Origin: a virus
Length of the DNA stretch: 54,094 nt
Direction: 5' to 3' (one strand)
IMG/VR virus record: IMGVR_UViG_3300018059_000002
Location: 1-54,094 of that record
Below, piece by piece: positions 31,636 to 40,247 of the stretch. How positions within the stretch are numbered: the first letter of the stretch is position 1; the number at the start of each line of letters is the position of its first letter. A program made the translations under genes and the position numbers. Under the pieces are notes generated by a model, which made no database searches, was not told where the DNA came from, and saw nothing but the letters and a program-made list of their open reading frames with translations.

Positions 31636-32480
31636 CGGGTGGCTAGGATGAGGTCGATAGCCGCTTCAACGTTTGGCACAAGGTGTGGCATATTGCCTAG
31701 TACTTGCAATGATGGTGCGCCACCTTGCGCCACGCACTGATTTACTTCGTCCGGCGATATGCGGTTCGCGGAACGCGCCCCCGTGATCTTACGGACGAGC
31801 GCCCGAAAAGGGTCAAGGGCTGCTGGCGCTTGGGCTGTATTAGCTTCGGGTACAGACGGTACCGAGGGAGACACCGGAGCGGCAGCCCCCGCCGGTAGCG
31901 GCGCGTGACCAAATAAATCTGCGGGATTCGGTACGGGTGGAGCCGTCGGGACGCCGGGCACAGGTACTACAGGAACAACCGGCACAGTCACTTTGCGAAT
32001 GCGCGGTGCTAGTTCTTGCATCACAGCCGTTACAACTGCTTCGTTAATGCCTTTTTGGATTTTCCAAGTACCATCTTTCTTTTTGTTCTTAGATTTTTGG
32101 TGTATGCGCGCATCGAAGGGGATACCGCTATCATCGTATTCGTCAGCGGTCACTGAGGCAACGGGAGCCGAAGGCGTCGGGGTCGAAACAATAGATGTTG
32201 TCATAGGCGCAGGCGGGGCCGGAGGTGCTAAAGGGCCGTTGTTGTTCATATCCTGTTGCGCGCGTTCCAAATCGGCCGGGTGAAAATCACCAGCGGGCGG
32301 CGCGGGGGGAACGTCGGGCATAGGATGAGCGGCGGGAACCGATGCGCACAGGGTCACCTTAGCAGGCGCTTGACCGACACCGGTTTGATATTCTTTCAAT
32401 TCGGCATGGTCCATAAGAAACTGCGCAGCAAGGCGTAACGCGGCGGGCGTATCGGCTAGAATGTCGATCATTAGTTGCAC
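31632..32480 (-). CDS. Pro/Ala-rich hypothetical protein
   Basis: 282 aa with a GTG start at 32480 (GGAG 8 nt upstream; ATG at 32471 is an alternative). It has low-complexity PPAPP tracts and a conserved-looking DSGIPFDARIHQKSKNKKKDGTWKIQKG segment. Confidence 0.55.
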   Translation of the reverse strand: MQLMIDILADTPAALRLAAQFLMDHAELKEYQTGVGQAPAKVTLCASVPAAHPMPDVPPAPPAGDFHPADLERAQQDMNNNGPLAPPAPPAPMTTSIVSTPTPSAPVASVTADEYDDSGIPFDARIHQKSKNKKKDGTWKIQKGINEAVVTAVMQELAPRIRKVTVPVVPVVPVPGVPTAPPVPNPADLFGHAPLPAGAAAPVSPSVPSVPEANTAQAPAALDPFRALVRKITGARSANRISPDEVNQCVAQGGAPSLQVLGNMPHLVPNVEAAIDLILATR

Positions 32481-32514
32481 GGCGAAATCTCCAATTTTTG
32501 TGAGTGTTCAACAG

Positions 32515-32557
32515 TTGACGTGGACTGACAGTATCGTCAGACTGACGACCTTGTCAA
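32515..32557. promoter_or_regulatory. Divergent control region with five YTGACR hexamers / two CTGAC-N6-GTCAR dyads
   Basis: The hexamers are TTGACG (32515), CTGACA (32525), CGTCAG (32535), CTGACG (32542) and TGTCAA (32552). A minus-strand promoter reads TTGACA (32557-32552), 18-nt spacer, TACTGT (32533-32528). Confidence 0.5.
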
Positions 32558-32574
32558 CTAGGAGGCTTAAAAAA

Positions 32575-32727
32575 ATGAGCGGTGAAGAATTATACAACCT
32601 GTATGTAGACGCTATGGCTAAAGAAAATTGCGCAATCGACGAATGGGGATTATTAGACGACATAGACCGCGCCGCATGGTCTTCTGTAGCTAAGCTGGTT
32701 CAGTATTCACAACCTGTGCGTCCCTAA
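32575..32727 (+). CDS. Hypothetical small protein
   Basis: Start trimmed to ATG 32575 (MSGEELYNLY...), preceded by TAGGAGG. The upstream part of track ORF 32461..32727 covers the control region. Confidence 0.5.
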   Translation: MSGEELYNLYVDAMAKENCAIDEWGLLDDIDRAAWSSVAKLVQYSQPVRP

Positions 32728-32733
32728 AACGCG

Positions 32734-34446
32734 ATGCTCTACGATTTTCAGCAAGGCGTACAAAACGCTAGCTTTCAAGCATACCAGGAGGGGGCCACAG
32801 TTGTAATGCCGGTGATGCCCACGGGTGGTGGTAAGACAGTTTTATTTTGCGATACGATGATGCGTTTCGATTGTCCGTCCGTGGTAATTGCACATCGTCA
32901 AGAGTTAGTAAGTCAAGCGGCGTTAGCGCTCAACCGCGAACGGGTACCGCATTCTATCATCGCACCTAAAAAAATCGTACAGCAAATCATTGCTTTAGAA
33001 CATGACATACATGGATATTCAACATACGCATCAAATGCGCCGGCGCGTGTGGCCGGCGTAGATACGTTACGCAATCACGATGCTAATGATAAGTGGTTGT
33101 CGCGCGTCGGCTTCGGGGTAATCGACGAAGGCCATCACGTATTACGCGATAACAAATGGGGTAGAGAGGTTGGTAAATTTCCTAACGCACGTTGGTACCT
33201 CCCTACGGCACACGCAGTACGTGCCGACAACAAAGGGTTAGGACGTGAAGGCGGCGACGGATTTGTCGACAGGTTGATTTTAGGTCCATACGGTCGGCAA
33301 TTGATTGACCGCGGTTTTCTTACCGACTATCGCCTAGTATGTGTGGGTAGCGACATTGCGCTCGCTGATGTGCCTATAGGACCGTCAGGCGAATACAACA
33401 TGCCGAAGTTGCGTGCGGCAACTCACGCTGATAATAAAATTGTTGGCGATGTGGTTAAGACGTATTTAGAGTACGCCGCCGGCAAACTCGGTGTTACGTT
33501 CGCAGTTGACAAAGAGGAAGCGGTAAAGCTGCGTAACGCTTACGTTGCAGCGGGCGTGCCGGCAGAAGTCATCACAGATGAAACGCCTATTAATGTACGC
33601 AGCCAATTGATGCGCAAATTTAAAGCGCGTCAGATTTTGCAACTTGTATCTGTTGATTGTCTCGGCGAAGGCGTAGACGTTCCTGCGATCGAAGTCGTTA
33701 GCCTTGTGCGTCGTACGGCTTCGTGGCAATTGATGTGCCAGCAAGTAGGCCGCGCGCTGCGGGTGATGGTTGACGATCAGTATGCGTTGAACTGGCCTTA
33801 CTATAGCGACCTAGAGCGTCTTGCGATCATTGCCAACTCAAACAAGCCGAAGGCAATCATTATCGACCACGTGGGTAATATCGTGTGGCACGCAAAGCTT
33901 CGCGGCTTGTTTGACTCGCGACAAGAGTACGGTTTGTTAACGGGTGAATGCCGCAGAGGCAAAAGCGATGCGATACCATTACGCGTCTGCCTGGAATGCA
34001 AACAGCCTTACGAAGCCTATTTAATCCGATGCAAGCACTGCGGTAATGAACCAATGCCGGCAGGACGATCTACGCCTGAACTTGTGCAAGGCGACCTTAT
34101 CGAACTCGATCCTGAAGTATTGCGCGCATTACGTGGGGGTTCTGAAAAGATTATGCGCCCTTATGTTACGCCGTACGGAATGCCTACTCATATTGTGAAA
34201 ACTCAATTGCGACACCATCACGACCGATTCAGAGGCCAAACTTCGTTGCGCCACGTACTCATGTTGTGGGGTGGGTGGCAAAAGCATCTAGGTTTAAACG
34301 AACGTGAATCACAAAAGTTGTTTTATATTCGATTCGGTATTGATGTGTTAAGCGCGCAGGCGCTGGCACTGACGGACGCGACAGCGTTAGAAGCTCGCAT
34401 CGTCGCAGAACTTGAACGGGCTAACATCCAAGAGGTAGCCGCATGA
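32734..34446 (+). CDS. Superfamily 2 DEAD/DEAH-box helicase
   Basis: Motif I is MPTGGGKTV, motif II is VIDEGHHV, and motifs V-VI are VDCLGEGVDVP...QQVGRALR. There is a C-terminal Zn ribbon (CLECK...CKHCG). Confidence 0.85.
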   Translation: MLYDFQQGVQNASFQAYQEGATVVMPVMPTGGGKTVLFCDTMMRFDCPSVVIAHRQELVSQAALALNRERVPHSIIAPKKIVQQIIALEHDIHGYSTYASNAPARVAGVDTLRNHDANDKWLSRVGFGVIDEGHHVLRDNKWGREVGKFPNARWYLPTAHAVRADNKGLGREGGDGFVDRLILGPYGRQLIDRGFLTDYRLVCVGSDIALADVPIGPSGEYNMPKLRAATHADNKIVGDVVKTYLEYAAGKLGVTFAVDKEEAVKLRNAYVAAGVPAEVITDETPINVRSQLMRKFKARQILQLVSVDCLGEGVDVPAIEVVSLVRRTASWQLMCQQVGRALRVMVDDQYALNWPYYSDLERLAIIANSNKPKAIIIDHVGNIVWHAKLRGLFDSRQEYGLLTGECRRGKSDAIPLRVCLECKQPYEAYLIRCKHCGNEPMPAGRSTPELVQGDLIELDPEVLRALRGGSEKIMRPYVTPYGMPTHIVKTQLRHHHDRFRGQTSLRHVLMLWGGWQKHLGLNERESQKLFYIRFGIDVLSAQALALTDATALEARIVAELERANIQEVAA

Positions 34447-34802
34447 CAATGACCGCAGGCGGATTAGTAAAGCTAATCGAAGAGTGCGGCGAGCTTACGC
34501 AGATATGTGCAAAAAAACTCGCCTACTACCACACTGACACGCACCCGGACGACAAGGGGCAGATGTCCGGCCGTATCGAAGACGAAATTGCCGACGTGTA
34601 TGCGGCTGCCGCCTTCGTTATGGAGAAATTCAAACTTAACGAAAACCGGGTAATAAAACGCGCCGATGAAAAACTCGCTAAGCTAAAAGAGTGGGACGCA
34701 GACCCTACCAACCAACGAGAGGGATACAGGACACCACAAAACTTTATTGATTGTGAGGCTTGTGGGTTCTCACATCCTGCCGGCATGGCGTGCCCCGTAT
34801 GA
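34443..34802 (+). CDS. mazG: MazG-like nucleotide pyrophosphohydrolase
   Basis: 119 aa. LIEECGELTQICAKK...RIEDEIADVYAAAAFV matches the EExGE...E..ADV pattern of the MazG family. Confidence 0.6.
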   Translation: MTMTAGGLVKLIEECGELTQICAKKLAYYHTDTHPDDKGQMSGRIEDEIADVYAAAAFVMEKFKLNENRVIKRADEKLAKLKEWDADPTNQREGYRTPQNFIDCEACGFSHPAGMACPV

Positions 34803-35308
34803 ACTTGCAAGAATGGGCCGCGCGTTGGAATATACCCGCCGAAGCCTTCCGGGAACTTGTAGCCTGTAGTATTGTTCCGCCGGAGCCTGACGAAGTCGTC
34901 GGAACAAAATCAGAAGCCTACGTACAATCAACTGTACGTCTTGCGGCACCAGGACGTGGTATTTATTTATGGCGTAACCAAGTTGGAGCGGGTATTGTAG
35001 CTAACGCTCGCGACCTATGCCACGAATGCGTACAAAAGGCACGCCGGCCTATTCGTTGGGGCTTAGGAAACGATAGCAAAAAACAAAACGATGTGATGAA
35101 ATCTGCCGACCTAATCGGGATTGAGAAAAAACTAATCACTCCTGACATGGTCGGCAGTTACATCGGAAAGTTCCATTCTGTGGAAACAAAACACGAAGAC
35201 TGGAAGTACTCAGGGACGGCCGAAGAGAATGCGCAGCTAGCTTGGGCGACCTTGATTAACTCACTTGGCGGCGAGGCTAAGATTGTCAAACACGCCTCGT
35301 CACTATAG
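34799..35308 (+). CDS. VRR-NUC domain nuclease
   Basis: Start trimmed to ATG 34799 (ATGA overlap). SEAYVQSTV...WRNQVGAG...SADLIGIE...SVETKHED...AQLAWATLINSLGGEAKIV fits the VRR-NUC PD-(D/E)XK pattern. Confidence 0.65.
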   Translation: MNLQEWAARWNIPAEAFRELVACSIVPPEPDEVVGTKSEAYVQSTVRLAAPGRGIYLWRNQVGAGIVANARDLCHECVQKARRPIRWGLGNDSKKQNDVMKSADLIGIEKKLITPDMVGSYIGKFHSVETKHEDWKYSGTAEENAQLAWATLINSLGGEAKIVKHASSL

Positions 35309-35320
35309 GATCACTAGACT

Positions 35321-35620
35321 ATGACTGTACCTAATAAAACCTCTAAACCCGCCATTCTCAGCGCAGCAATTAAGCTCGCAAGTAAGGTTGGGCTTTTTCA
35401 ATTTTCGCGGGTTGACGTTGCCGCTGAGGCGAATGTAGGCGAATCGACTGTGTCGTATCATTTCGGCACGATGCCCGAGCTACGCACCGCAATCGTGAAG
35501 CATGCAGTCGAGCACGAAATTATGAAAATTCTAGCCGATGCTCGCGCGGGGCGCGAATCCGTGGGCGTGCCTATGAGCGCGACGCTAAGGAAGAAAATCG
35601 CGAAATTCATCGCAGAATAA
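35321..35620 (+). CDS. Stand-alone TetR-N-type HTH DNA-binding protein
   Basis: 99 aa. ILSAAIKLASKVGLFQFSRVDVAAEANVGESTVSYHFGTMPELRTAI matches the TetR_N HTH. At 99 aa it is too short to carry a ligand-binding domain. Confidence 0.6.
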   Translation: MTVPNKTSKPAILSAAIKLASKVGLFQFSRVDVAAEANVGESTVSYHFGTMPELRTAIVKHAVEHEIMKILADARAGRESVGVPMSATLRKKIAKFIAE

Positions 35621-35636
35621 TCCGCCTTCAACAAAA

Positions 35637-35667
35637 GGCCGACGGGGTCGCTAAACCTACGTCGGCC
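35637..35667 (+). terminator. Hairpin between the TetR-like and primase genes (attenuator/terminator candidate)
   Basis: GGCCGACG (35637-35644), a 15-nt loop, then CGTCGGCC (35660-35667). No clear U-run follows. Confidence 0.3.
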
Positions 35668-35687
35668 GAATCGGAGACACTGCGTGC

Positions 35688-38186
35688 ATGGCGGACTCTA
35701 GCGACATTCGCGGAGCGTTGTCAAACGTTCCCGCGTTCATCCTCTACCGACTGGTGCCTACAGTTGATGCCAAGGGCTACCCCAAGCTCGACAAAGTGCC
35801 CACAAGTCCGAACGGCGGCTACGATATTAACCCGCACGATTCGGCTGAATGGATGTTACCGGCGGACGCTCAGTTATGGGCTGACGTATTTAATGCGCAA
35901 CTGTTACCGCAAGGCGTCAGCGGATACGGTACCGGCGTCATCATCTCCGAAGACATCGTCTTGCCGAACGGCCGGCGCTTGTTCGCACTCGATATTGACA
36001 AATGCCGCGACGGCAACCAATGGGCACCGCATGCGCGCGCCTTCGTGGATAAGTTGTCGGGTGGCGGTGTCGAAGTCAGTGTAAGCGGTAATGGGTTACA
36101 CGTGTACGGCACATATGCCGGCGAGCGGCCGGACCACGGCACGCGTAATAAAACCTACGGCCTTGAGTTATACACACGGTTGCGTTTCATCGCTTGCACA
36201 GGCTTAGGCGCTGCCGGTGATCCTCTCAAAGACTTGACGCGCGAACTGCACGCGCTAGTCGAATATTTCCCCGCCCACGATGTCGAAGATTACGACGGCG
36301 AGTTGACGACCAAACCTGTTGTGGAGTGGTCCGGTCCTGACGATGACGACGAGCTACTGCGCAGAGCAATGAGGTCTCACAGCGGTGCAAGCGTCTTTGG
36401 TGGCAAGGCTGCCTTCGCCGATTTATGGAATGCTAACGTCGCTGTACTTGCTCGCGTGTTTCCGCCGCAACAACACGGACAATATGACGCTAGCGCCGCC
36501 GATCAAGCTTTGTGTAATCATTTAGCATTCTGGACCGGCAACCACGGCGAACGCATGTTGCGCCTGTTGTATCGATCGGCACTCGTGCGTAACAAGTGGG
36601 AGCGGCCTGGATATCTCCTCGGAACCGTACAGCGCGCTTGCGGTTCGCAGAAACAATGGTATAAAGATTCCCGGAGCAACGTGTCTCCGGGTCAGATGGC
36701 TTACGTTGCAGCCGCATGTCTGACCCTCGGCACCTCCGATGCGGTGACGCCGGCAACGCCTAGTGCGACCGTCGCACCCTCGGAGGGCGTCGTTCCTCAA
36801 TCCACGCCGTACGATCCTAGTAAGCCGATTCCGCCGGGCACGCGTCCGCCTATCGGCGATTATCTTACCGAAGCGCAACAGGTTGCTTTATTTGATGGCT
36901 GCGTCTATGTGCAAGATATCCATCAAGCCATAATGCCTCAAGGGCACACACTCAGCTCAGAGAAATTCGACGCAGAGTTCAGCGGGTACACATTCGCAGT
37001 GAAACCTGATGGGCAACAGCCTGCTAAACGCGCATGGGAAGCGTTTGTGTTTTCAGAAATCCACGCTTTCCCGAAAGTCAAAGGCATGTACTTCGATCCG
37101 CGCCAACCATCGCGCAAGATCATAGAGCGCGAGGGATCAACGCTAATCAATTCGTACGTCCCATCGGTTATCATTCGTAAATCAGGTGATGTATCGCCGT
37201 TCCTAACACACCTGTACAAACTCTTACCGCTTGGAAATGACGCACAAATTCTGCTGGCTTATTTCGCTGCCTGCGTTCAACACGCCGGCGATAAATTCCA
37301 ATGGTGGCCGTTGATCCAGGGTGTAGAAGGCAATGGCAAAACTACGCTAAGTCACTTATTGCAGTACGCCGTTGGGCGTCGGTACACCCATTGGCCTAAA
37401 GCCGCCGAGCTAGGCTCAAAGTTTAATAGCGCATTCTACGGTAAGCTGCTGATATGTTGTGAAGACGTTTATATTTCCGAATCGCGCGGCTCATTGTGGG
37501 AAGCCTTAAAACCCATGATCACCGGCATAGAGTTGGAAATCGAAGGCAAGGGCGTAGACAAGGTTACCCGAGAGGTTTGCTTTAACGGCGTGATGAACTC
37601 AAATCACAAAAACGCCATTCGCAAAACGGCTAACGATCGACGAGTAGGGCCGTTCTTCTGTGCTCAACAATCAAAAGCCGATCTGATGCGCGACGGGTTG
37701 ACCAAAGATTATTTTATTGCGCTGAAAGCGTGGCGCGAAGGTGAAGGCCGCGAGATTGTCGCCGATTATTTGATGCGCTACGAAATCCCGGACGAACTGA
37801 ACCCAGCACGTCGTTGCATCGTTTGCCCTGACACCACGGCCACACGGGAAGCGATTAGCGCCGGCCTTGGTGCAGCCGAGCAGGAAGTGATTGAGGCTAT
37901 TTCACAGGGTACAGCAGGCTTCCGCGGCGGTTGGGTGTCATCAAGCGCCCTGGACCGTCTGCTCGCCAACATCGGCAAAGGGTCCAGCATACCCCGCAAC
38001 AAGCGCCGGGAGATGTTAGACACCCTCGGCTATACGCCACATCCGGGCTTACCAGACGGCCGCGCTACGGTCAACGACACCGACGGCACCCGACCCTACC
38101 TGTATGTGCTTCAGACAACACCCGGAGCCTCTGAGCGTAACCCACACGCAATTATGAGCCTGTATCAAGCGGCACAGAAAGGTTAG
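35688..38186 (+). CDS. Primase-polymerase / SF3 helicase fusion (P4 alpha / D5-like)
   Basis: 832 aa. The N-terminus LFALDIDKCRDG...VSVSGNGLHVYG is prim-pol-like. The C-terminus has Walker A (GVEGNGKTTL) and Walker B (LLICCEDV). Confidence 0.8.
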   Translation: MADSSDIRGALSNVPAFILYRLVPTVDAKGYPKLDKVPTSPNGGYDINPHDSAEWMLPADAQLWADVFNAQLLPQGVSGYGTGVIISEDIVLPNGRRLFALDIDKCRDGNQWAPHARAFVDKLSGGGVEVSVSGNGLHVYGTYAGERPDHGTRNKTYGLELYTRLRFIACTGLGAAGDPLKDLTRELHALVEYFPAHDVEDYDGELTTKPVVEWSGPDDDDELLRRAMRSHSGASVFGGKAAFADLWNANVAVLARVFPPQQHGQYDASAADQALCNHLAFWTGNHGERMLRLLYRSALVRNKWERPGYLLGTVQRACGSQKQWYKDSRSNVSPGQMAYVAAACLTLGTSDAVTPATPSATVAPSEGVVPQSTPYDPSKPIPPGTRPPIGDYLTEAQQVALFDGCVYVQDIHQAIMPQGHTLSSEKFDAEFSGYTFAVKPDGQQPAKRAWEAFVFSEIHAFPKVKGMYFDPRQPSRKIIEREGSTLINSYVPSVIIRKSGDVSPFLTHLYKLLPLGNDAQILLAYFAACVQHAGDKFQWWPLIQGVEGNGKTTLSHLLQYAVGRRYTHWPKAAELGSKFNSAFYGKLLICCEDVYISESRGSLWEALKPMITGIELEIEGKGVDKVTREVCFNGVMNSNHKNAIRKTANDRRVGPFFCAQQSKADLMRDGLTKDYFIALKAWREGEGREIVADYLMRYEIPDELNPARRCIVCPDTTATREAISAGLGAAEQEVIEAISQGTAGFRGGWVSSSALDRLLANIGKGSSIPRNKRREMLDTLGYTPHPGLPDGRATVNDTDGTRPYLYVLQTTPGASERNPHAIMSLYQAAQKG

Positions 38187-38391
38187 ACTGTCTCGTCAGT
38201 TTCTTTAACACCCGAGGTATTAATAACCTTACTGTTGGCTCGTGGTTCTTTTGCATCGGCACTGTGAACCTAAACAATGTCGAAGGCCCGTGTTCAAATA
38301 CCGCAAGCAAGGTATTGAGTGCTACTACAACAGAGCGATCGGTTTCTATTACCGTGAATCCTGCGCCGGCAGCTGGCGTATTGACTGTTCG

Positions 38392-38724
38392 CTAATCGTC
38401 AGGGCTAGGTGCGTAGTCACACCTAGCCTTTAGTGATGGGTACGTACTGCATCGGCGATGCGGATGTGGATTACCCAAGCAAAAGCATGTAGTCGCCCTG
38501 GACTCGAATTTAGCCGTGCGGTACCAGTCAATCCACCACACGTCGCGCTTGCCCTCTGCCCGCGCCCTGCGGCTTTTACGGCACCCACAGTGCGGCAAGC
38601 AGATATAGTTTTCAGGCTTCATTGAAAACGTGCGCCGACGGAAACAATATCTGCATCGAACCCGATAGCGTTTGTATATCTTACGTCTCTGCGCGCTGTA
38701 GTTGCGCCAAGGCCGCGCGCTCAT
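38392..38724 (-). CDS. Basic Cys-rich hypothetical protein
   Basis: 110 aa, Arg/Cys-rich. Its ATG overlaps the HNH gene stop (ATGA). The true C-terminus is uncertain because of the terminal hairpin. Confidence 0.4.
   Translation of the reverse strand: MSARPWRNYSAQRRKIYKRYRVRCRYCFRRRTFSMKPENYICLPHCGCRKSRRARAEGKRDVWWIDWYRTAKFESRATTCFCLGNPHPHRRCSTYPSLKARCDYAPSPDD
38404..38432 (+). terminator. Hairpin at the convergence of the + island and the leftward genes
   Basis: ggctaggtg (38404-38412), an 8-nt loop, cacctagcc (38421-38429), then ttt. It overlaps the 3' end of track ORF 38392..38724. Confidence 0.35.
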
Positions 38725-39128
38725 GTAAACAGCCTGAACTGTTCATAACGCTGCAACAGTGATTCAGGCTCGTCAAACCATATGTTGCTTTCGGCGTAAT
38801 TTTCCCATTCGGTCAATATTTTAATATTCCAGGGAACGTTGAGCCCGCACACCTTGTGGTGACTGAGAGGCACGATGTGAGCGAGCACATGCTTGACGCC
38901 CGTTTGTCGGGTTCGCAGGTCGCGAGTTTTCACCAATGACCAAAAGTCGCGTTCTTTGATCCATGGGGGCGACGCTAAGACCGCACGTTCAATGTAAAAA
39001 CGCCGGGGGTGCCTTACCAACCAATCGGGCCGCGCGTTCTTTGTGATGGCTTTGCGAAGCGACGCGCGGCTAGCGTATTTGTGAATTCCCATAAAAGTGA
39101 TTTCATTAGTCGCGATAGGTGAAACCAT
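38721..39128 (-). CDS. HNH-type endonuclease-like protein
   Basis: 135 aa. HVLAHIVPLSHHKVCGLNVPWNIKILTEWENYAESN fits an H-N-N/H beta-beta-alpha-metal motif. Confidence 0.5.
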   Translation of the reverse strand: MVSPIATNEITFMGIHKYASRASLRKAITKNARPDWLVRHPRRFYIERAVLASPPWIKERDFWSLVKTRDLRTRQTGVKHVLAHIVPLSHHKVCGLNVPWNIKILTEWENYAESNIWFDEPESLLQRYEQFRLFT

Positions 39129-39228
39129 CGGTTATCCACCACGCCCATGCGACGTAAAGAATAATGATCAGGCAGCATAGGCCAGAAATTGCGACGCACA
39201 GTTTCAGTAGAAAAAAGAGCGTCGACAT
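39106..39228 (-). CDS. Candidate 40-aa membrane micro-protein
   Basis: Not in the ORF track (under 60 aa). GAGG lies 5 nt upstream of ATG 39228. It encodes MSTLFFLLKLCVAISGLCCLIIILYVAWAWWITDGFTYRD. Confidence 0.25.
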   Translation of the reverse strand: MSTLFFLLKLCVAISGLCCLIIILYVAWAWWITDGFTYRD

Positions 39229-39280
39229 ATGGACCTCAGACAGCGGGCATGTGAACCATGTCACATATTTTGCGCGTATC

Positions 39281-39296
39281 CTGACGAGGTCGTCAA
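39281..39296. promoter_or_regulatory. Degenerate dyad copy (CTGACGAGGTCGTCAA)
   Basis: A 15/16 match to the cassette dyad, in the ORF-poor gap 39129-39567. The flanking -35 and -10 hexamers are poor. Confidence 0.25.
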
Positions 39297-39372
39297 CTCT
39301 TCATTTTAGGTTTGGTTGGGTAGCCTGCGACGAGAGATTCGCGCAACGCCTTTCGGCAATAGCTAGGGCCAC

Positions 39373-39495
39373 TCATTCAGGGTCGTCTTCGTCGTAAGGT
39401 TTATCTGAGTAAAGGGGGTCATCTGTGAGCAATGCGAAAGCCAAGACACACATTACGCCAATCCCCAAAACGATAAGACCGATGACACGCAGCAT
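39373..39495 (-). CDS. Candidate 40-aa membrane micro-protein
   Basis: Not in the ORF track. It encodes MLRVIGLIVLGIGVMCVLAFALLTDDPLYSDKPYDEDDPE, one TM segment plus an acidic tail. Confidence 0.25.
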   Translation of the reverse strand: MLRVIGLIVLGIGVMCVLAFALLTDDPLYSDKPYDEDDPE

Positions 39496-39567
39496 AACTT
39501 TGCCTTCGACATGAATTGTGAACCCGACCACAATTTTGTGTCAGGCTGACAACGCCGTCAATACAAA

Positions 39568-39762
39568 TTAACCTCTTAAACGCTGTTTATCGATTATTGT
39601 TGAGTAACCTTTTTCGCGTTCGTTTAGCCAATCAACGGTTGATATATAGTCTGCCGTAGCATAAACGATACGACGCGTAGTGCGATGTAATTTAACATCG
39701 AGGATCATTGGATAGCCGCCATCAGACTGTGGGCCTATGATTAGTTTATAACGCTCAGACAT
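39568..39762 (-). CDS. Hypothetical protein
   Basis: 64-aa ORF of balanced composition, tightly spaced after the upstream gene. Confidence 0.5.
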   Translation of the reverse strand: MSERYKLIIGPQSDGGYPMILDVKLHRTTRRIVYATADYISTVDWLNEREKGYSTIIDKQRLRG

Positions 39763-39764
39763 AA

Positions 39765-40247
39765 TTAAAACCCCATTCTCAAACCAAGTTGATAGTTGCC
39801 GCGCACCGCGTTAGCTGCATCCAAGATTGTGAGGGTTTGCCATGTGCGGCACACCCAACGCGGTGCGCGCTCATCTAACATATTCGTGACGAACGCGTGA
39901 CCATATGCGGTACCCATATACCACACTGCGACTTGACCTGTCGTAGGGTGATTAGGCAGCATCCAGCTTGACTCACTATAGCGCTCCGGCTGGTTAGCGA
40001 TTTGCAACGTTTGGAGACCATCGACCGCATGGGTGACTTGATATGCGACCTCTAGCTGGCGATTTTCGGTTGACCACTGCCGGTCGAACTGCACGCAACC
40101 CTGCATCATCAACAAGACCAACGGCAGAATGATTGCGATCACTACAAACGAACCATATCGCATGTCGATAAATAGAAGCACAAAAAGCAGCATTGCAATA
40201 AATTGACCGGGGTGCGCGGCGAAGTAGATTGAGATGACGTTAAACAT
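39765..40247 (-). CDS. Multi-pass membrane protein
   Basis: Start trimmed to ATG 40247 (TAATG overlap). There are at least three hydrophobic segments (ISIYFAAHPGQFIAMLLFVLLFI and FVVIAIILPLVLLMM). Confidence 0.55.
   Translation of the reverse strand: MFNVISIYFAAHPGQFIAMLLFVLLFIDMRYGSFVVIAIILPLVLLMMQGCVQFDRQWSTENRQLEVAYQVTHAVDGLQTLQIANQPERYSESSWMLPNHPTTGQVAVWYMGTAYGHAFVTNMLDERAPRWVCRTWQTLTILDAANAVRGNYQLGLRMGF

Noticed and set aside
38187-38391. A 205-bp gene-free stretch containing GTTCAAAT and a CGGT-TTCTATT-ACCG stem-loop (a possible tRNA, even a CTA-anticodon suppressor).
   Set aside because: I could not build a cloverleaf on either strand. The T-arm stems do not pair, the anticodon stem has only 4 bp, and there is no acceptor stem. 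It is best treated as a convergent-transcription spacer unless tRNAscan or Infernal says otherwise.
39132-39140. TTATCCACC, a near-consensus DnaA box, just upstream of the HNH gene start.
   Set aside because: It is a single copy with no cluster of boxes and no adjacent AT-rich unwinding element. That is insufficient to call an origin.
39164-39397. Plus-strand ORFs in leftward-transcribed gaps: 39164..39397 (77 aa) and 38242..38433 (63 aa).
   Set aside because: They have no RBS, lie opposite the local transcription direction, and have Ser/Arg-rich composition. The minus-strand micro-ORFs explain the region better.
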